From Gemmatimonadota bacterium (GTDB lineage: Bacteria; Gemmatimonadota; Gemmatimonadetes; Gemmatimonadales; GWC2-71-9), in assembly GCA_027294455.1 (NCBI GenBank), contig JAPULZ010000079.1, forward strand, positions 10 to 64,009: a DNA stretch of 64,000 nucleotides, given 5' to 3'. Positions 28,660-38,161 of the stretch are shown in pieces. Position 1 is the stretch's first letter, and every line of letters starts with the position of its first letter. Both the position numbers and the translations under genes were made by a program. Under the pieces are notes generated by a model that was given only the letters and a program-made list of their open reading frames with translations, did no database searches and had not been told where the DNA came from.

Positions 28660-31077
28660 GTGAGCCTGCCCACCACCTGCTCGGTCATCCTCCCGATCCC
28701 GGTCGACACGCCGTACCGCTACGGCATTCCCACCGCCCTGGCCGACCGGGTGGTACCGGGGGCGCGGGTGGTGGTACCGATCCGGTCCCGGGAGATGGTG
28801 GGGATCGTGCTCGACGTCGGTGAAGAATCGACGGACGGGCTTCGTCCCGTGCTCCTCGCGCCTGACCCCGCACCCATGGTACCGGCCAACCTCCTGACGT
28901 TGGGGGCTTGGGTCGCGCGCCATTATGCCGCGCCGCCGGGGCTCACCCTCAAAGCCATGCTCCCCGGCACGTTGTGGGGCACGTCCAAACTCCTGGCGAC
29001 GACACGTGATCGATCGGCTGCGCCCGGCGGGGTCGGTACCAGGCTCATGGACGAGCTCGACCGGGCGGGCGGGCGGGCGACCGCAGGCGCGCTGGCGCGC
29101 TGCCTCAAGCGTCCCGTGTGGGAGACGTTGCAGCGCCTGTCTCGGGTCGGGGCCATCGAGCTGACCACGGTGGCGCCGCAGTTGGGTCCCGGGCCGGGCG
29201 TCGAGACGGTGGTCGTGTTGTCCCGACGGCTGCCGTCGCTCCTCGAGCGCGATCAGGTGTTCGGTCGGGCGGCGCGGCAGCGGCAGGCCTATGACACCAT
29301 CGATGCGTTGGGCGGTGAAGCGTCGGTGAGCCGCGTGACCGGCGAGCTCGGATTCTCTCGCGCCGTGATTCGCGGGTTGGTCGAGCGGGGCGTGGCCCGG
29401 ATCGAAGAGCGGGAGCACTTGCGCGACCCGTTCGATGGGGTGGCGTCGCCGCCGCCGGCCACGCCGAGCGACGACCAGCGCCGGGCCATTCAGGCGATCC
29501 TCGAACTGCCGCCGGGGGGCGCGGCCATGCTCTTCGGGGTGACGGGAAGCGGCAAGACCTTGGTGTATCTCGAGGCGATGCGGGCCGAGGTGAGTCGGGG
29601 GCGTGGCGCGATCGTCCTGGTCCCGGAGATCGCGCTGACACCACAAACCATCGCGCGCGTGCGCGGCGTGTTCGGCGACGCGGTCGCCGTGCTCCACAGC
29701 GCGCTCTCCGACGGGGAGCGCGCCGATGCATGGCGCGCTCTGGTCACCGGCAAGCGGCGGGTTGTGGTGGGAGCCCGCTCGGCCGTGTTCGCGCCGGTAC
29801 AAGACCTCTCGATAATCGTCGTCGACGAGGAGCACGATTCGAGTTACAAGAACGGCGAGTTTCCCAGATACCACGCTCGCGACGTGGCCATGTGCCGGGC
29901 CCGGCTGGAGGGGGCGCGCCTGGTGCTGGGAAGCGCGACGCCGTCGCTGGAGACCTGGGCCGCCCGTGAGCGGATTCGGGTGGTGTCTCTCCCGCGGCGG
30001 GTTGCCGCCCAACCGCTTCCCCCGGTCGCCTTGGTGGACATGCGCACCGCCGCACGCGTCGCCGATAGCGGTGCGGTGCCGTGGTCGGAGACCCTCGACG
30101 GGGCGGTGCGCGACCGCCTCGCGCGACACGAGCAGATCATTCTGCTGCTGAACCGCAGAGGCTTCGCGCATTTCCTGCAGTGCGTGGCGTGCGGCGACGT
30201 GCTGGAGTGCCCTTCGTGCAGCGTGGCCCTCACGGTGCATCGCACGCCCGCCGGGCTGCGCTGTCACTACTGCGGGTTCAGCCGGGGCTTTCCGCCACGC
30301 TGCGAAGTCTGTGGTGGAGAGACGCAGCGGACGCGGGGCGCCGGCACGCAGCTGCTGGAGCGTTGGCTCGCCGAGCGTTTTCCCGACGCGCGCCTCGCGC
30401 GCATGGACGCGGATACGACGGCGACCAAGTGGTCGCATCGCCGGATTCTGGATGCCTTTGCCCGTCACGAGATCGATCTGTTGTTCGGCACTCAGATGAT
30501 TGCCAAGGGACTCGACTTTCCGGGCGTGACCCTGGTCGGCGTCGTGGACGCCGACACCGGATTGTATCTGGCCGATTTCCGGGCGGCGGAACGCACCTTT
30601 CAGCTCATTGCCCAGGTCGCCGGTCGCGCCGGGCGCGGTCCCGCTGGCGGCGAGGTGTTGGTGCAGACGCGGGTGCCCACCCACTACGCCCTGACCGCCG
30701 CGGCGCGACACGACTACGAGGGGTTCGCCAAGCAGGAGCTGGCGGAGCGGCGCTCCCCGCCCTATCCGCCGTATCACGCCCTGATCAACGTCGTGGTGAG
30801 CGGCACGTCCGAGAACCGCGTGGCCGGCGCGGCGGGCCAGGTCGCCGACTGGTTACGCGCCCTGGTCGCGGAAACCGCACCCGCCGCGGACGTGGTAGGG
30901 CCCGCCCCGGCACCGCTGGCCAGGATCAAGGGGCGCTGGCGGTGGCACATGATCCTGCGGTGCGAAGACCGCCGCCTCTTGGGCCGGCTCCTTCGATACG
31001 CGTCACGCCGTGCCCCCCACACCACCCGCGGCCCAATCCGCGTCATCTTCGACCGGGATCCCGTCTCCCTGTTGTAG
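28660..31077 (+). CDS. priA: Primosomal protein N' (replication restart helicase)
   Basis: GVTGSGKT, LVPEIALTPQ, DEEH, SATPSLE, four CxxC, GTQMIAKGLDFP, QVAGRAGR. Confidence 0.97.
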   Translation: MSLPTTCSVILPIPVDTPYRYGIPTALADRVVPGARVVVPIRSREMVGIVLDVGEESTDGLRPVLLAPDPAPMVPANLLTLGAWVARHYAAPPGLTLKAMLPGTLWGTSKLLATTRDRSAAPGGVGTRLMDELDRAGGRATAGALARCLKRPVWETLQRLSRVGAIELTTVAPQLGPGPGVETVVVLSRRLPSLLERDQVFGRAARQRQAYDTIDALGGEASVSRVTGELGFSRAVIRGLVERGVARIEEREHLRDPFDGVASPPPATPSDDQRRAIQAILELPPGGAAMLFGVTGSGKTLVYLEAMRAEVSRGRGAIVLVPEIALTPQTIARVRGVFGDAVAVLHSALSDGERADAWRALVTGKRRVVVGARSAVFAPVQDLSIIVVDEEHDSSYKNGEFPRYHARDVAMCRARLEGARLVLGSATPSLETWAARERIRVVSLPRRVAAQPLPPVALVDMRTAARVADSGAVPWSETLDGAVRDRLARHEQIILLLNRRGFAHFLQCVACGDVLECPSCSVALTVHRTPAGLRCHYCGFSRGFPPRCEVCGGETQRTRGAGTQLLERWLAERFPDARLARMDADTTATKWSHRRILDAFARHEIDLLFGTQMIAKGLDFPGVTLVGVVDADTGLYLADFRAAERTFQLIAQVAGRAGRGPAGGEVLVQTRVPTHYALTAAARHDYEGFAKQELAERRSPPYPPYHALINVVVSGTSENRVAGAAGQVADWLRALVAETAPAADVVGPAPAPLARIKGRWRWHMILRCEDRRLLGRLLRYASRRAPHTTRGPIRVIFDRDPVSLL

Positions 31078-31142
31078 GACGCGCTCGACTCCGGGCAGCG
31101 GGTTGAAACTGGTTCTCATCCCCGATAACTTCCGGCCGCGCC

Positions 31143-31562
31143 ATGACTTCACCGCAACCGATCCTTGCCGGGGCATCCACCCCCGTCCCCGGACTGGGGG
31201 TGGGGTGGTCGAAGGTCGCGGATGCGGTCGGGAAGCAGGTGACACCGGACGACATCGCCCGGATCTGGATTTTCCCGCCCATGCGTCGCGACGGCCGGGA
31301 ATGGGGAACCGCCGTGGTGGCGACCAATGCCGACGAGGATCGATTCACGGTGTTCACGGCGAAGTACATGCTCATCACGCGGGGGCGGCAACGGGGGCAG
31401 TGGAAGGTGGAAATTGTGGAAGTTGGTGCCGGGCCGGTCGAGGTCGTGCAGGACGTGGTGCGCGGCGTGCAGACCCGCGCAGGGGAGGGAGAACCGCCCA
31501 TCGAGATCGCTCCGAAACTCTGGTTCTCACCCGCCGATGACGAGCCCGCCGCCGAAGCTTGA
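31143..31562 (+). CDS. Hypothetical protein (139 aa)
   Basis: Globular-looking ORF with typical codon usage (IWIFPPMR...EWGTAVV...FTAKY); overlaps fur start. Confidence 0.7.
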   Translation: MTSPQPILAGASTPVPGLGVGWSKVADAVGKQVTPDDIARIWIFPPMRRDGREWGTAVVATNADEDRFTVFTAKYMLITRGRQRGQWKVEIVEVGAGPVEVVQDVVRGVQTRAGEGEPPIEIAPKLWFSPADDEPAAEA

Positions 31563-32046
31563 CGGCAAGGAACTTCTGGATCGGTTTCGCAAGTACATGC
31601 GAGATCGGAATCTGCCATTGACCCAGCAGAGGCAGGCTGTCGCGTCGGTCCTGTTTTTTTCCGACGAACATCTCTCGGCGGAGGATATCGAGTCGGCCTT
31701 GCGCGACGACGGCATCCGCGTGGGTAAGGCCACCATCTACCGCACGCTCGACCTGCTGGTACGCGCTGCGTTGATCTCGGAGCATGACTTCGGCGACGGG
31801 TTCAAGCGGTACGAACCGCGCGGCGTCACGAGCCACCACGAGCACCTCATTTGTCTCGAGTGTGGCAAGGTCGTGGAGTTTTCCTCCGAGCGTATCGAAC
31901 GCATGAATGCGCTCATCGCCGATGAACACGGTTTCCGACATCATCATCACCGCCTGGCGATCTACGGGGTGTGCCACGAATGTCAGGACAACGCCGCCGT
32001 CACCCTCGAAGCCGGCTCGGGACGGCGGGGAGTGAAACACGAGTGA
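31537..32046 (+). CDS. fur: Fur family transcriptional regulator
   Basis: TQQR, HLSAE, ATIYRTL, HHEHLICLECG, YGVCHEC. Confidence 0.93.
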   Translation: MTSPPPKLDGKELLDRFRKYMRDRNLPLTQQRQAVASVLFFSDEHLSAEDIESALRDDGIRVGKATIYRTLDLLVRAALISEHDFGDGFKRYEPRGVTSHHEHLICLECGKVVEFSSERIERMNALIADEHGFRHHHHRLAIYGVCHECQDNAAVTLEAGSGRRGVKHE

Positions 32047-32603
32047 TCGACTCGCAAGCACTGGTACCGCAACTAGCCTTCTTGACGAAAGGCATCGGTC
32101 GTCACAAGGAACGGCTCACCAGCTATGAGCTCGCACTCCGGAACGCCGAGATCGCGCAATACAACCTCGTAACCGTGAGTTCGATCTTTCCCGCACACTG
32201 CAAGTTGGTTCCGGTCTCTAGAGGCATCCATTCTCTCCGGGCCGGCCAGATCGTGTTTGTGGTGCAGGCCCGGGCGGAAACGAACGAACCGTCCCGTCGC
32301 GCGGTGGCGTCCATTGGGTTGGCCATTCCCAAGGATCCGAGCCACCACGGATACGTTTCCGAGCACCATGCCTTTGGCATGCCCCAGGCCCAAGCTGGAG
32401 ACTACGCCGAGGATCTCGCGGCGAGCATGTTGGCCACGGTGCTCGGCGTGCCGTTTGATCCCGACGAGGCGTGGGATGAGAGGCGCGAGCAGTGGAGACT
32501 GTCCGGCGAAATCGTCAAGACGACCAACATCAGTTCCACCGCCATAGCGGCGAACGACGGACGGTGGGTGACTGTCGTCAGCGCGTTGGTTTTCTGCGGA
32601 TGA
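32043..32603 (+). CDS. pdaD: Pyruvoyl-dependent arginine decarboxylase
   Basis: SYELALRNAEIAQYNLVTVSSIFP (Ser-Ser autocleavage site), GYVSEHH, YAEDLAASMLA; upstream of agmatinase. Confidence 0.9.
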   Translation: MIDSQALVPQLAFLTKGIGRHKERLTSYELALRNAEIAQYNLVTVSSIFPAHCKLVPVSRGIHSLRAGQIVFVVQARAETNEPSRRAVASIGLAIPKDPSHHGYVSEHHAFGMPQAQAGDYAEDLAASMLATVLGVPFDPDEAWDERREQWRLSGEIVKTTNISSTAIAANDGRWVTVVSALVFCG

Positions 32604-33526
32604 ACGAGTTCCGCGAGGCGGCGGCCGGCGTCCCGGGGTCGCTGGCGGAGTTCGTGTGGGGCGCCCCCGGCACGTTTTTGGGGCTTCCTCCCGAGCACAC
32701 CGACTTCGAAGAGGCGGGTGTCGTGCTGTTGCCCGTGCCGTATGAGGCGACGGTGTCGTGGATGAGCGGCACCAAGCACGGACCTGGCGCGATCATGACG
32801 GCGTCACATTACGTCGAGTTGTACGATCACCAGCTCGACCGCGAGCCTTACACGATTGGCATTCATACGCTCCCAGAGTTGCTGTTGACGCACGAGGGGC
32901 CCGAGCAGGCCTTGAACGAACTGCGCAGGGTGATGGATGTGCTGGTGGCCACCGGCAAGCTTGTCGTGATGGTGGGGGGAGAGCACAGTCTGTCATCGTC
33001 GCCCATTCTCGCCCACGCCGACCACCTCGGCGGCAAGCGCCTGTCGGTCCTGCAACTGGATGCGCACACAGACTTGCGAACCGAGTACGGTGGCACGCCG
33101 TTCTCGCATGCCTGCGTGATGCAACGGGTGCACCAGCGTGTGGACCTCGTCCCGGTCGGGATCCGGTCGCTCACCCGTGAGGAGCGCAGCTTGATGCGGG
33201 AGAAAAACATCCCGGTCATCTTCGCACACGAGCTCGACACCGACGGCTGGATCGACCGGACGTTGGACGCCCTGGGCCCCGAGGTGTACATCACATTCGA
33301 TGTCGACTTCCTGGACCCGAGCGTGATGCCGGCCACGGGCACGCCCGAACCGGGCGGCGGATCGTGGAATCCCACCGTGCGGTTGCTCGAGCGGGTGTTT
33401 CGCGAGCGCCACGTAGTCGGCTGTGACGTGGTCGAGCTGGCGCCGATTCCGGGGATGGTGTCGCCGGACTTTCTTGCCGCGAAGCTCATCTACAAAATGA
33501 TGGGCTTCCATGCGGCTCAGGCCTGA
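32600..33526 (+). CDS. speB: Agmatinase
   Basis: PYEATVS, GGEHS, DAHTDLR, TFDVDFLDP, TGTPEPGG, DVVELAP. Confidence 0.95.
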   Translation: MNEFREAAAGVPGSLAEFVWGAPGTFLGLPPEHTDFEEAGVVLLPVPYEATVSWMSGTKHGPGAIMTASHYVELYDHQLDREPYTIGIHTLPELLLTHEGPEQALNELRRVMDVLVATGKLVVMVGGEHSLSSSPILAHADHLGGKRLSVLQLDAHTDLRTEYGGTPFSHACVMQRVHQRVDLVPVGIRSLTREERSLMREKNIPVIFAHELDTDGWIDRTLDALGPEVYITFDVDFLDPSVMPATGTPEPGGGSWNPTVRLLERVFRERHVVGCDVVELAPIPGMVSPDFLAAKLIYKMMGFHAAQA

Positions 33527-33574
33527 GCAAGCCGTCGGGAACCTGCTGACGGTGCAGGGTGTTGGGTGGATGCT

Positions 33575-34303
33575 ATGGAATCGACGACTTCAATAGGTTT
33601 TTTTGTTGCGTTCAGCGCCGGGGTCCTGAGCTTCCTCTCGCCTTGCGTGCTGCCGCTCATCCCCAGCTATCTCTCGTTCATCACCGGGATGTCGCTGGAG
33701 GAGATGGGCGATCACCGGCGCGCCGCGTTTACCCACGCCCTCCTGTTCGTGAGCGGCTTCACGATCATCTTCTTGGCGTTGGGTGCGACCGCGACGGGAC
33801 TCGGGCGCGTCCTGCAGGCCCATCAGGTTTGGCTCGAGCGGATCGGCGGCGCCCTGATCGTGTTCTTCGGTTTGTACTTGCTTGGGGTATTCCGCCTGGG
33901 CGCCCTGGCGCGTGAGCGGCGCGTGCATATCCAGAACAAACCCCTCGGATATTTGGGGACGGTGCTGGTCGGGTTGGCTTTCGGGGCGGGCTGGACTCCG
34001 TGCATCGGGCCCATCCTGGGAGCCATCCTCACATTCGCCGGCACGCAGGGGCGGGTGTCGCAGGGCATGCTGTTGTTGTCGTTCTACTCACTGGGCCTCG
34101 CCGTGCCGTTTCTGGTTGCGGCCCTGGCGGTCGACCGCTTCATCGACTGGTTCCAGCGATACCGGCGATACATGCCGGTGGTGACGAAAACCTCCGGGGG
34201 TATCTTGGTGTTCCTGGGGTTGCTGCTCATCTCGGGTTACTTCACGGTGCTGGCGTCGTGGCTGAGTGATCTTACCCCTGCCTTTTTGCGTGACCGTATC
34301 TGA
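33575..34303 (+). CDS. ccdA: Cytochrome c biogenesis protein CcdA
   Basis: SFLSPCVLPL and GWTPCIGPIL redox cysteines; about 6 TM segments. Confidence 0.95.
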   Translation: MESTTSIGFFVAFSAGVLSFLSPCVLPLIPSYLSFITGMSLEEMGDHRRAAFTHALLFVSGFTIIFLALGATATGLGRVLQAHQVWLERIGGALIVFFGLYLLGVFRLGALARERRVHIQNKPLGYLGTVLVGLAFGAGWTPCIGPILGAILTFAGTQGRVSQGMLLLSFYSLGLAVPFLVAALAVDRFIDWFQRYRRYMPVVTKTSGGILVFLGLLLISGYFTVLASWLSDLTPAFLRDRI

Positions 34304-34312
34304 GTTTCGTCA

Positions 34313-34621
34313 TCAGTATGCCCGCGCGCTGCCTCCGGCGCGGTCCGCCACGCCAATCCAACCGTTACCCCCACGGCCAATGGCCGCGATCTCGGCACTG
34401 TACACCGTGCGTTCGACCAGCGTGTGACCCATCGCCTGCAACCGGCTGATAGTGCCCGGGAACAAGCCACCGGGTTGGTACACGATCTCGTCGGGCAGGG
34501 ATTGGTGATGCACGCGGGGGGCCGTCGCAGCGGCATCTCGTCCAACTGGTGGACCGCCACACCCCGCCAGCACGGGGCTCAACCCGAGCAAGACGCGGGT
34601 CCCGGGTTCGAAACGGCGCAC
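34313..34621 (-). pseudogene. ggt: Internally deleted gamma-glutamyltranspeptidase remnant
   Basis: Lipoprotein-like N-terminus (LAGC) joined to GGT C-terminal APRVHHQSLPDEI...LQAMGH...WIGVADR..GSARAY; catalytic core absent. Confidence 0.7.
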
Positions 34622-34711
34622 CAGGGAAGTGCCATTTTCCGCTCCATCTCCTACCTTCTTCGTTTCACGTACCTGTGTGCCGAGTCATACTGCTGCCTTG
34701 AAGAGGGGCCA

Positions 34712-35644
34712 ATGGCACGAAAGCCGGATTTTCTCGACGAGCGGCTCACCGAGCGACGGAATCCCCGGACCACCGACATCGACGTGGCGTCGAGCGAAGT
34801 GATCGTCGACCTCATGCACGCCGAGGACCGCCGCGTCGCCGCCGCCGTTTATGCCCAGAGGGCCCAGATCGCCCAGGCGATCGAACTCGCCACGAAGGCG
34901 ATCCGGCAGGGCGGTCGACTCGTGTATGTGGGTGCGGGGACCAGCGGTCGACTCGGAGTGCTGGACGCTGCCGAATGCCCCCCCACGTTCGGCACGCCGC
35001 CCGAGATGGTCGTCGGGATCATCGCCGGTGGGTCGCCGGCTCTCACCCGGTCGCAGGAAGGGGCGGAGGACGATGCCGACGCGGCCGCCGCCGACATCGA
35101 GCAGGCAGGCGTATCCCAGCGGGACTTCGTCCTGGGCACCGCCGCCAGCGGCACCACGCCCTATGTCAGTGCCGCCCTCGAGCGGGCCAAAGCCCTGGGC
35201 GCAGCGGTTGGCCTGCTCACCTGTTCCCCCGCGCAGGAGGGCCTCGCCGCCGCGTGCGACGTGCGCATCCTCGTCGCGACGGGGCCCGAAGCCCTCACTG
35301 GATCGACCAGGCTGAAGGCGGGAACCGCAACGAAGTTGATCCTCAATACGATCTCCACCGGCACCATGCTCCGGCTCGGCAAGGCCTACGGCAATCTCAT
35401 GGTCGATCTGGTGGCGATGAGCGACAAACTGGTGGACCGGGGCGAGCGGGTGGTCATGGAGGCCACCGGCACGAATCGGGAGGAGGCCAGGCAGGCCATC
35501 CAGCGGGCGGGCGGCAGGGTCAAGCTGGCAATTGTCATGGTGCTGAAGAGCGTCGATGCCGAGGAAGCGACGCGGCTCCTGGCAGACGCCGGAGGGATCG
35601 TGCGAAAGGTCGTGGGGGATCCGCCGCCGGTCGTATCTCCCTAA
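34712..35644 (+). CDS. murQ: N-acetylmuramic acid 6-phosphate etherase
   Basis: TERRNP, GAGTSGRLG.LDAAECPPTFG, EGAED, GPEALTGSTRLKAGTATK, NLMVD. Confidence 0.97.
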   Translation: MARKPDFLDERLTERRNPRTTDIDVASSEVIVDLMHAEDRRVAAAVYAQRAQIAQAIELATKAIRQGGRLVYVGAGTSGRLGVLDAAECPPTFGTPPEMVVGIIAGGSPALTRSQEGAEDDADAAAADIEQAGVSQRDFVLGTAASGTTPYVSAALERAKALGAAVGLLTCSPAQEGLAAACDVRILVATGPEALTGSTRLKAGTATKLILNTISTGTMLRLGKAYGNLMVDLVAMSDKLVDRGERVVMEATGTNREEARQAIQRAGGRVKLAIVMVLKSVDAEEATRLLADAGGIVRKVVGDPPPVVSP

Positions 35645-35706
35645 GGAATGGTTCTTCTGGGCCGACGATGCAATCAAGCTGCATTCTGCAATCTGCAATC
35701 ACCAAT

Positions 35707-37119
35707 TTAGCGGATCCCCTCCAGCAGGGTGCGCGCATGCCCGGCCGGTACGGCGTACACCAGGCGCCCCCCGGTTCCTTCCTCGCCGCCGTAGAGGATC
35801 CCGATCACGAGACCGTTGGCGTCGAAGACCGGGCTGCCGCTGGCGCCGTGCGTGCCGTAGCCGTTGATCTGGATCAGGTTCGGGAGATTCTTGCTCAGGG
35901 TGCCCACCGTGAGGCTCGCCGTGGCGTAGGTGCCGCCGTCCAGCATCCGCTGGGGGCTGTCCACGCCTCCGGGGAAGCCGATCACGGCGACCGGTGCACC
36001 CACCGCCACGGTGTCCGGCCGGCCGTTGAATCCGAGGACGACGGGGACGGGACCGGCCAGCTCGACCTTGAGCAGGGCCAGGTCGATGTCTTCCTCACGT
36101 GACACCGCCACCACCCGGGCCGCGAACGTCTGCTGAGAATCGGCAAACCGCACGCCGATTTGCACGGGACGCAATGTGCCGTCCCGGCCGGCGATCACGT
36201 GACGATTGGTGATCATCGTGCCATCGGAGCGGACGGCGAAGGCGGTGCTGGTCTCGACGTGGGACCCGAAGTCCACGAACACCATGGCGATGGCGCGCAG
36301 GTTCGCACGGGTGATGCCCGCGAAGTCGATGCGGGCGGCGTGTTGTTGCTGTGCGACGGCCGTGAGCGCGGTCTCCAACTCGGCGCTCAAGACCTCGATC
36401 CGCTCCCGATTTCCGGCGTCACGAGCGTCGGACAACTGCTGCTGGAGTGACTGGAGATCCTGTTGCGACATGCGGAGTGCGCTCGCCAGTTCCTGCATCT
36501 CGCCCTGCAGCGCCGTGGTCGTGGTGCGAGCATCGCGCAACACGCTGTTGATGCGTGCTTGCAGCTGGATGATCTCCTCTTCCCGCGTGAGGCGTTGCTG
36601 GCGGTTGACGAACACGAGGCCGCCGCTCACGAGCACCAAGGCCACTGTGACCGACATCGTGATCCGTCGCATCTGCTTCGTCTGACGGGCGACTTCGACC
36701 CGGACGCGTTGGGTGGTGCTCGATCGCCGAGCAGGGGTTGCGCCCGCACTCGCCGGCGCCGCGGCGGCGGCCGGGCGCGCCGGCATCTCGCCCGTGTCGG
36801 GGATGGTGTCCGCGACGAGCCGGAACTCGATGGTCGGGCCGGCGGCGCCGAACCGGATTTGGTCGGTGTCGTCGAGCTTGGTATCGGATTGGATCCGGTG
36901 ACCGTTGACCAGCGTGCCGTTGCTGCTGCCGAGGTCGCGGACGAACCAGCGGTTGTCCCGTCGGATGATTTCGGCGTGACGTCCGGAGACTTCGAGGGCG
37001 GTTTGGGGATTGAACTGGAGGTCGGATTCGGGGTGCCGGCCGATGGCGATCCGCTCTTTGGAGAGGACACGGATGATGCCCGCCTGGTCTCCCTTGATGA
37101 CCTTGAGTTGGACTTTCAC
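35707..37119 (-). CDS. FHA-TM-coiled-coil-trypsin-like (S1) serine protease
   Basis: FHA IGRH/VSGRHA/DLGSSNGT; one TM; heptad region; triad TNRHV, DLALL, GASGSP. Confidence 0.9.
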   Translation of the reverse strand: MKVQLKVIKGDQAGIIRVLSKERIAIGRHPESDLQFNPQTALEVSGRHAEIIRRDNRWFVRDLGSSNGTLVNGHRIQSDTKLDDTDQIRFGAAGPTIEFRLVADTIPDTGEMPARPAAAAAPASAGATPARRSSTTQRVRVEVARQTKQMRRITMSVTVALVLVSGGLVFVNRQQRLTREEEIIQLQARINSVLRDARTTTTALQGEMQELASALRMSQQDLQSLQQQLSDARDAGNRERIEVLSAELETALTAVAQQQHAARIDFAGITRANLRAIAMVFVDFGSHVETSTAFAVRSDGTMITNRHVIAGRDGTLRPVQIGVRFADSQQTFAARVVAVSREEDIDLALLKVELAGPVPVVLGFNGRPDTVAVGAPVAVIGFPGGVDSPQRMLDGGTYATASLTVGTLSKNLPNLIQINGYGTHGASGSPVFDANGLVIGILYGGEEGTGGRLVYAVPAGHARTLLEGIR

Positions 37120-37135
37120 GTACGGCGCGCCGCGT

Positions 37136-38161
37136 CTAAGCGGCGAGGATCAAGGCGACGGCCATGATCATCGCAGTTGCTAGCGTGGCGATCACCATCT
37201 GTTTGACATCGCTGGGTGGAGGCGAATCGTTTCCCTCATAGACGGGAACCGGTTCGGTGGTGGAGTCGCCGTCGAGGAGTGGGTACACGGCGCGGCCCAC
37301 CGATTCGCCGTCGGTGGCGGCCTTGAGTGCGTCACCGTTGATACGCGCGACGACGGCGGTGATGTTGTCGGGTCCGCCCCGCTCATTTGCGAGATCGATC
37401 AGCGCCCCGCACGCGACGACGAGATCTTCGTTCTTGGTCACGGCTTCGGCGATTTCCTCGGCCGACACGAGGCCCGACAACCCGTCCGAGCACACCACCA
37501 CGGTGTCGCCCTTGCAGATCTCCTGGTGCGTGAGATCGACGCGGACACGGGGATCCGGGCCGAGGGCCTGCAGGATGATGTTCTTGCGTTCGCTCCTCTC
37601 GGCCTCTTCGGCGGTGAGCTCGCCGGCATCGACGAGTCGTTGCATCAGCGATTGGTCTTTGGTGAGCTGTGTGGCCTCGCCGTGCCGCACGAGATACGCG
37701 CGGGAATCCCCCACCTGTGTCAGAAACAGACCGTCACTCAGAATGCCCACCGCGGTCGTGGTCGTGCCCATGCCCCGGTGGTCCGGATTCTGCTTGGCGT
37801 GTTCGTGAATCTTGTGGTTGGCGTCCTCCACGGCCTCGCGGAGGCGAAACGCGAACTGCTGGGGGGTGTTGTCCGTGTCGGTCACCCAATGGGTCTTGAG
37901 GTGTTCGTACACCGTTTCGGTCGCCATCTCACTCGCGACCTCCCCCGCCGCCGCTCCGCCCATGCCGTCGGCGACCATGAGCAGCGATCCCTTCGGTCCC
38001 AGCACGTGTTCCCGCACCTCGGGCAGCAGCGATGCGCGTCCCTGCGAGAGATCCGCAACGAGAAAGCTGTCCTCGTTATGGTCGCGCTGCTTGCCGACAT
38101 CGGTCCGTGCGAACACCGATACCTTGATGGACGATTCTTTCTTGGTTCCGAAGAGGCTCAC
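37136..38161 (-). CDS. PP2C/Stp1 Ser/Thr phosphatase with C-terminal membrane anchor
   Basis: RTDVG..RDHNED, VADGMGG, MGTT, VGDSRAY, CSDGL, GGPDNIT; GTG overlaps kinase stop. Confidence 0.94.
   Translation of the reverse strand: MSLFGTKKESSIKVSVFARTDVGKQRDHNEDSFLVADLSQGRASLLPEVREHVLGPKGSLLMVADGMGGAAAGEVASEMATETVYEHLKTHWVTDTDNTPQQFAFRLREAVEDANHKIHEHAKQNPDHRGMGTTTTAVGILSDGLFLTQVGDSRAYLVRHGEATQLTKDQSLMQRLVDAGELTAEEAERSERKNIILQALGPDPRVRVDLTHQEICKGDTVVVCSDGLSGLVSAEEIAEAVTKNEDLVVACGALIDLANERGGPDNITAVVARINGDALKAATDGESVGRAVYPLLDGDSTTEPVPVYEGNDSPPPSDVKQMVIATLATAMIMAVALILAA

Noticed and set aside
27880-30777. 965-aa minus-strand ORF antisense to priA/HDAC
   Set aside because: No recognisable motifs; typical antisense shadow of GC3-biased genes.
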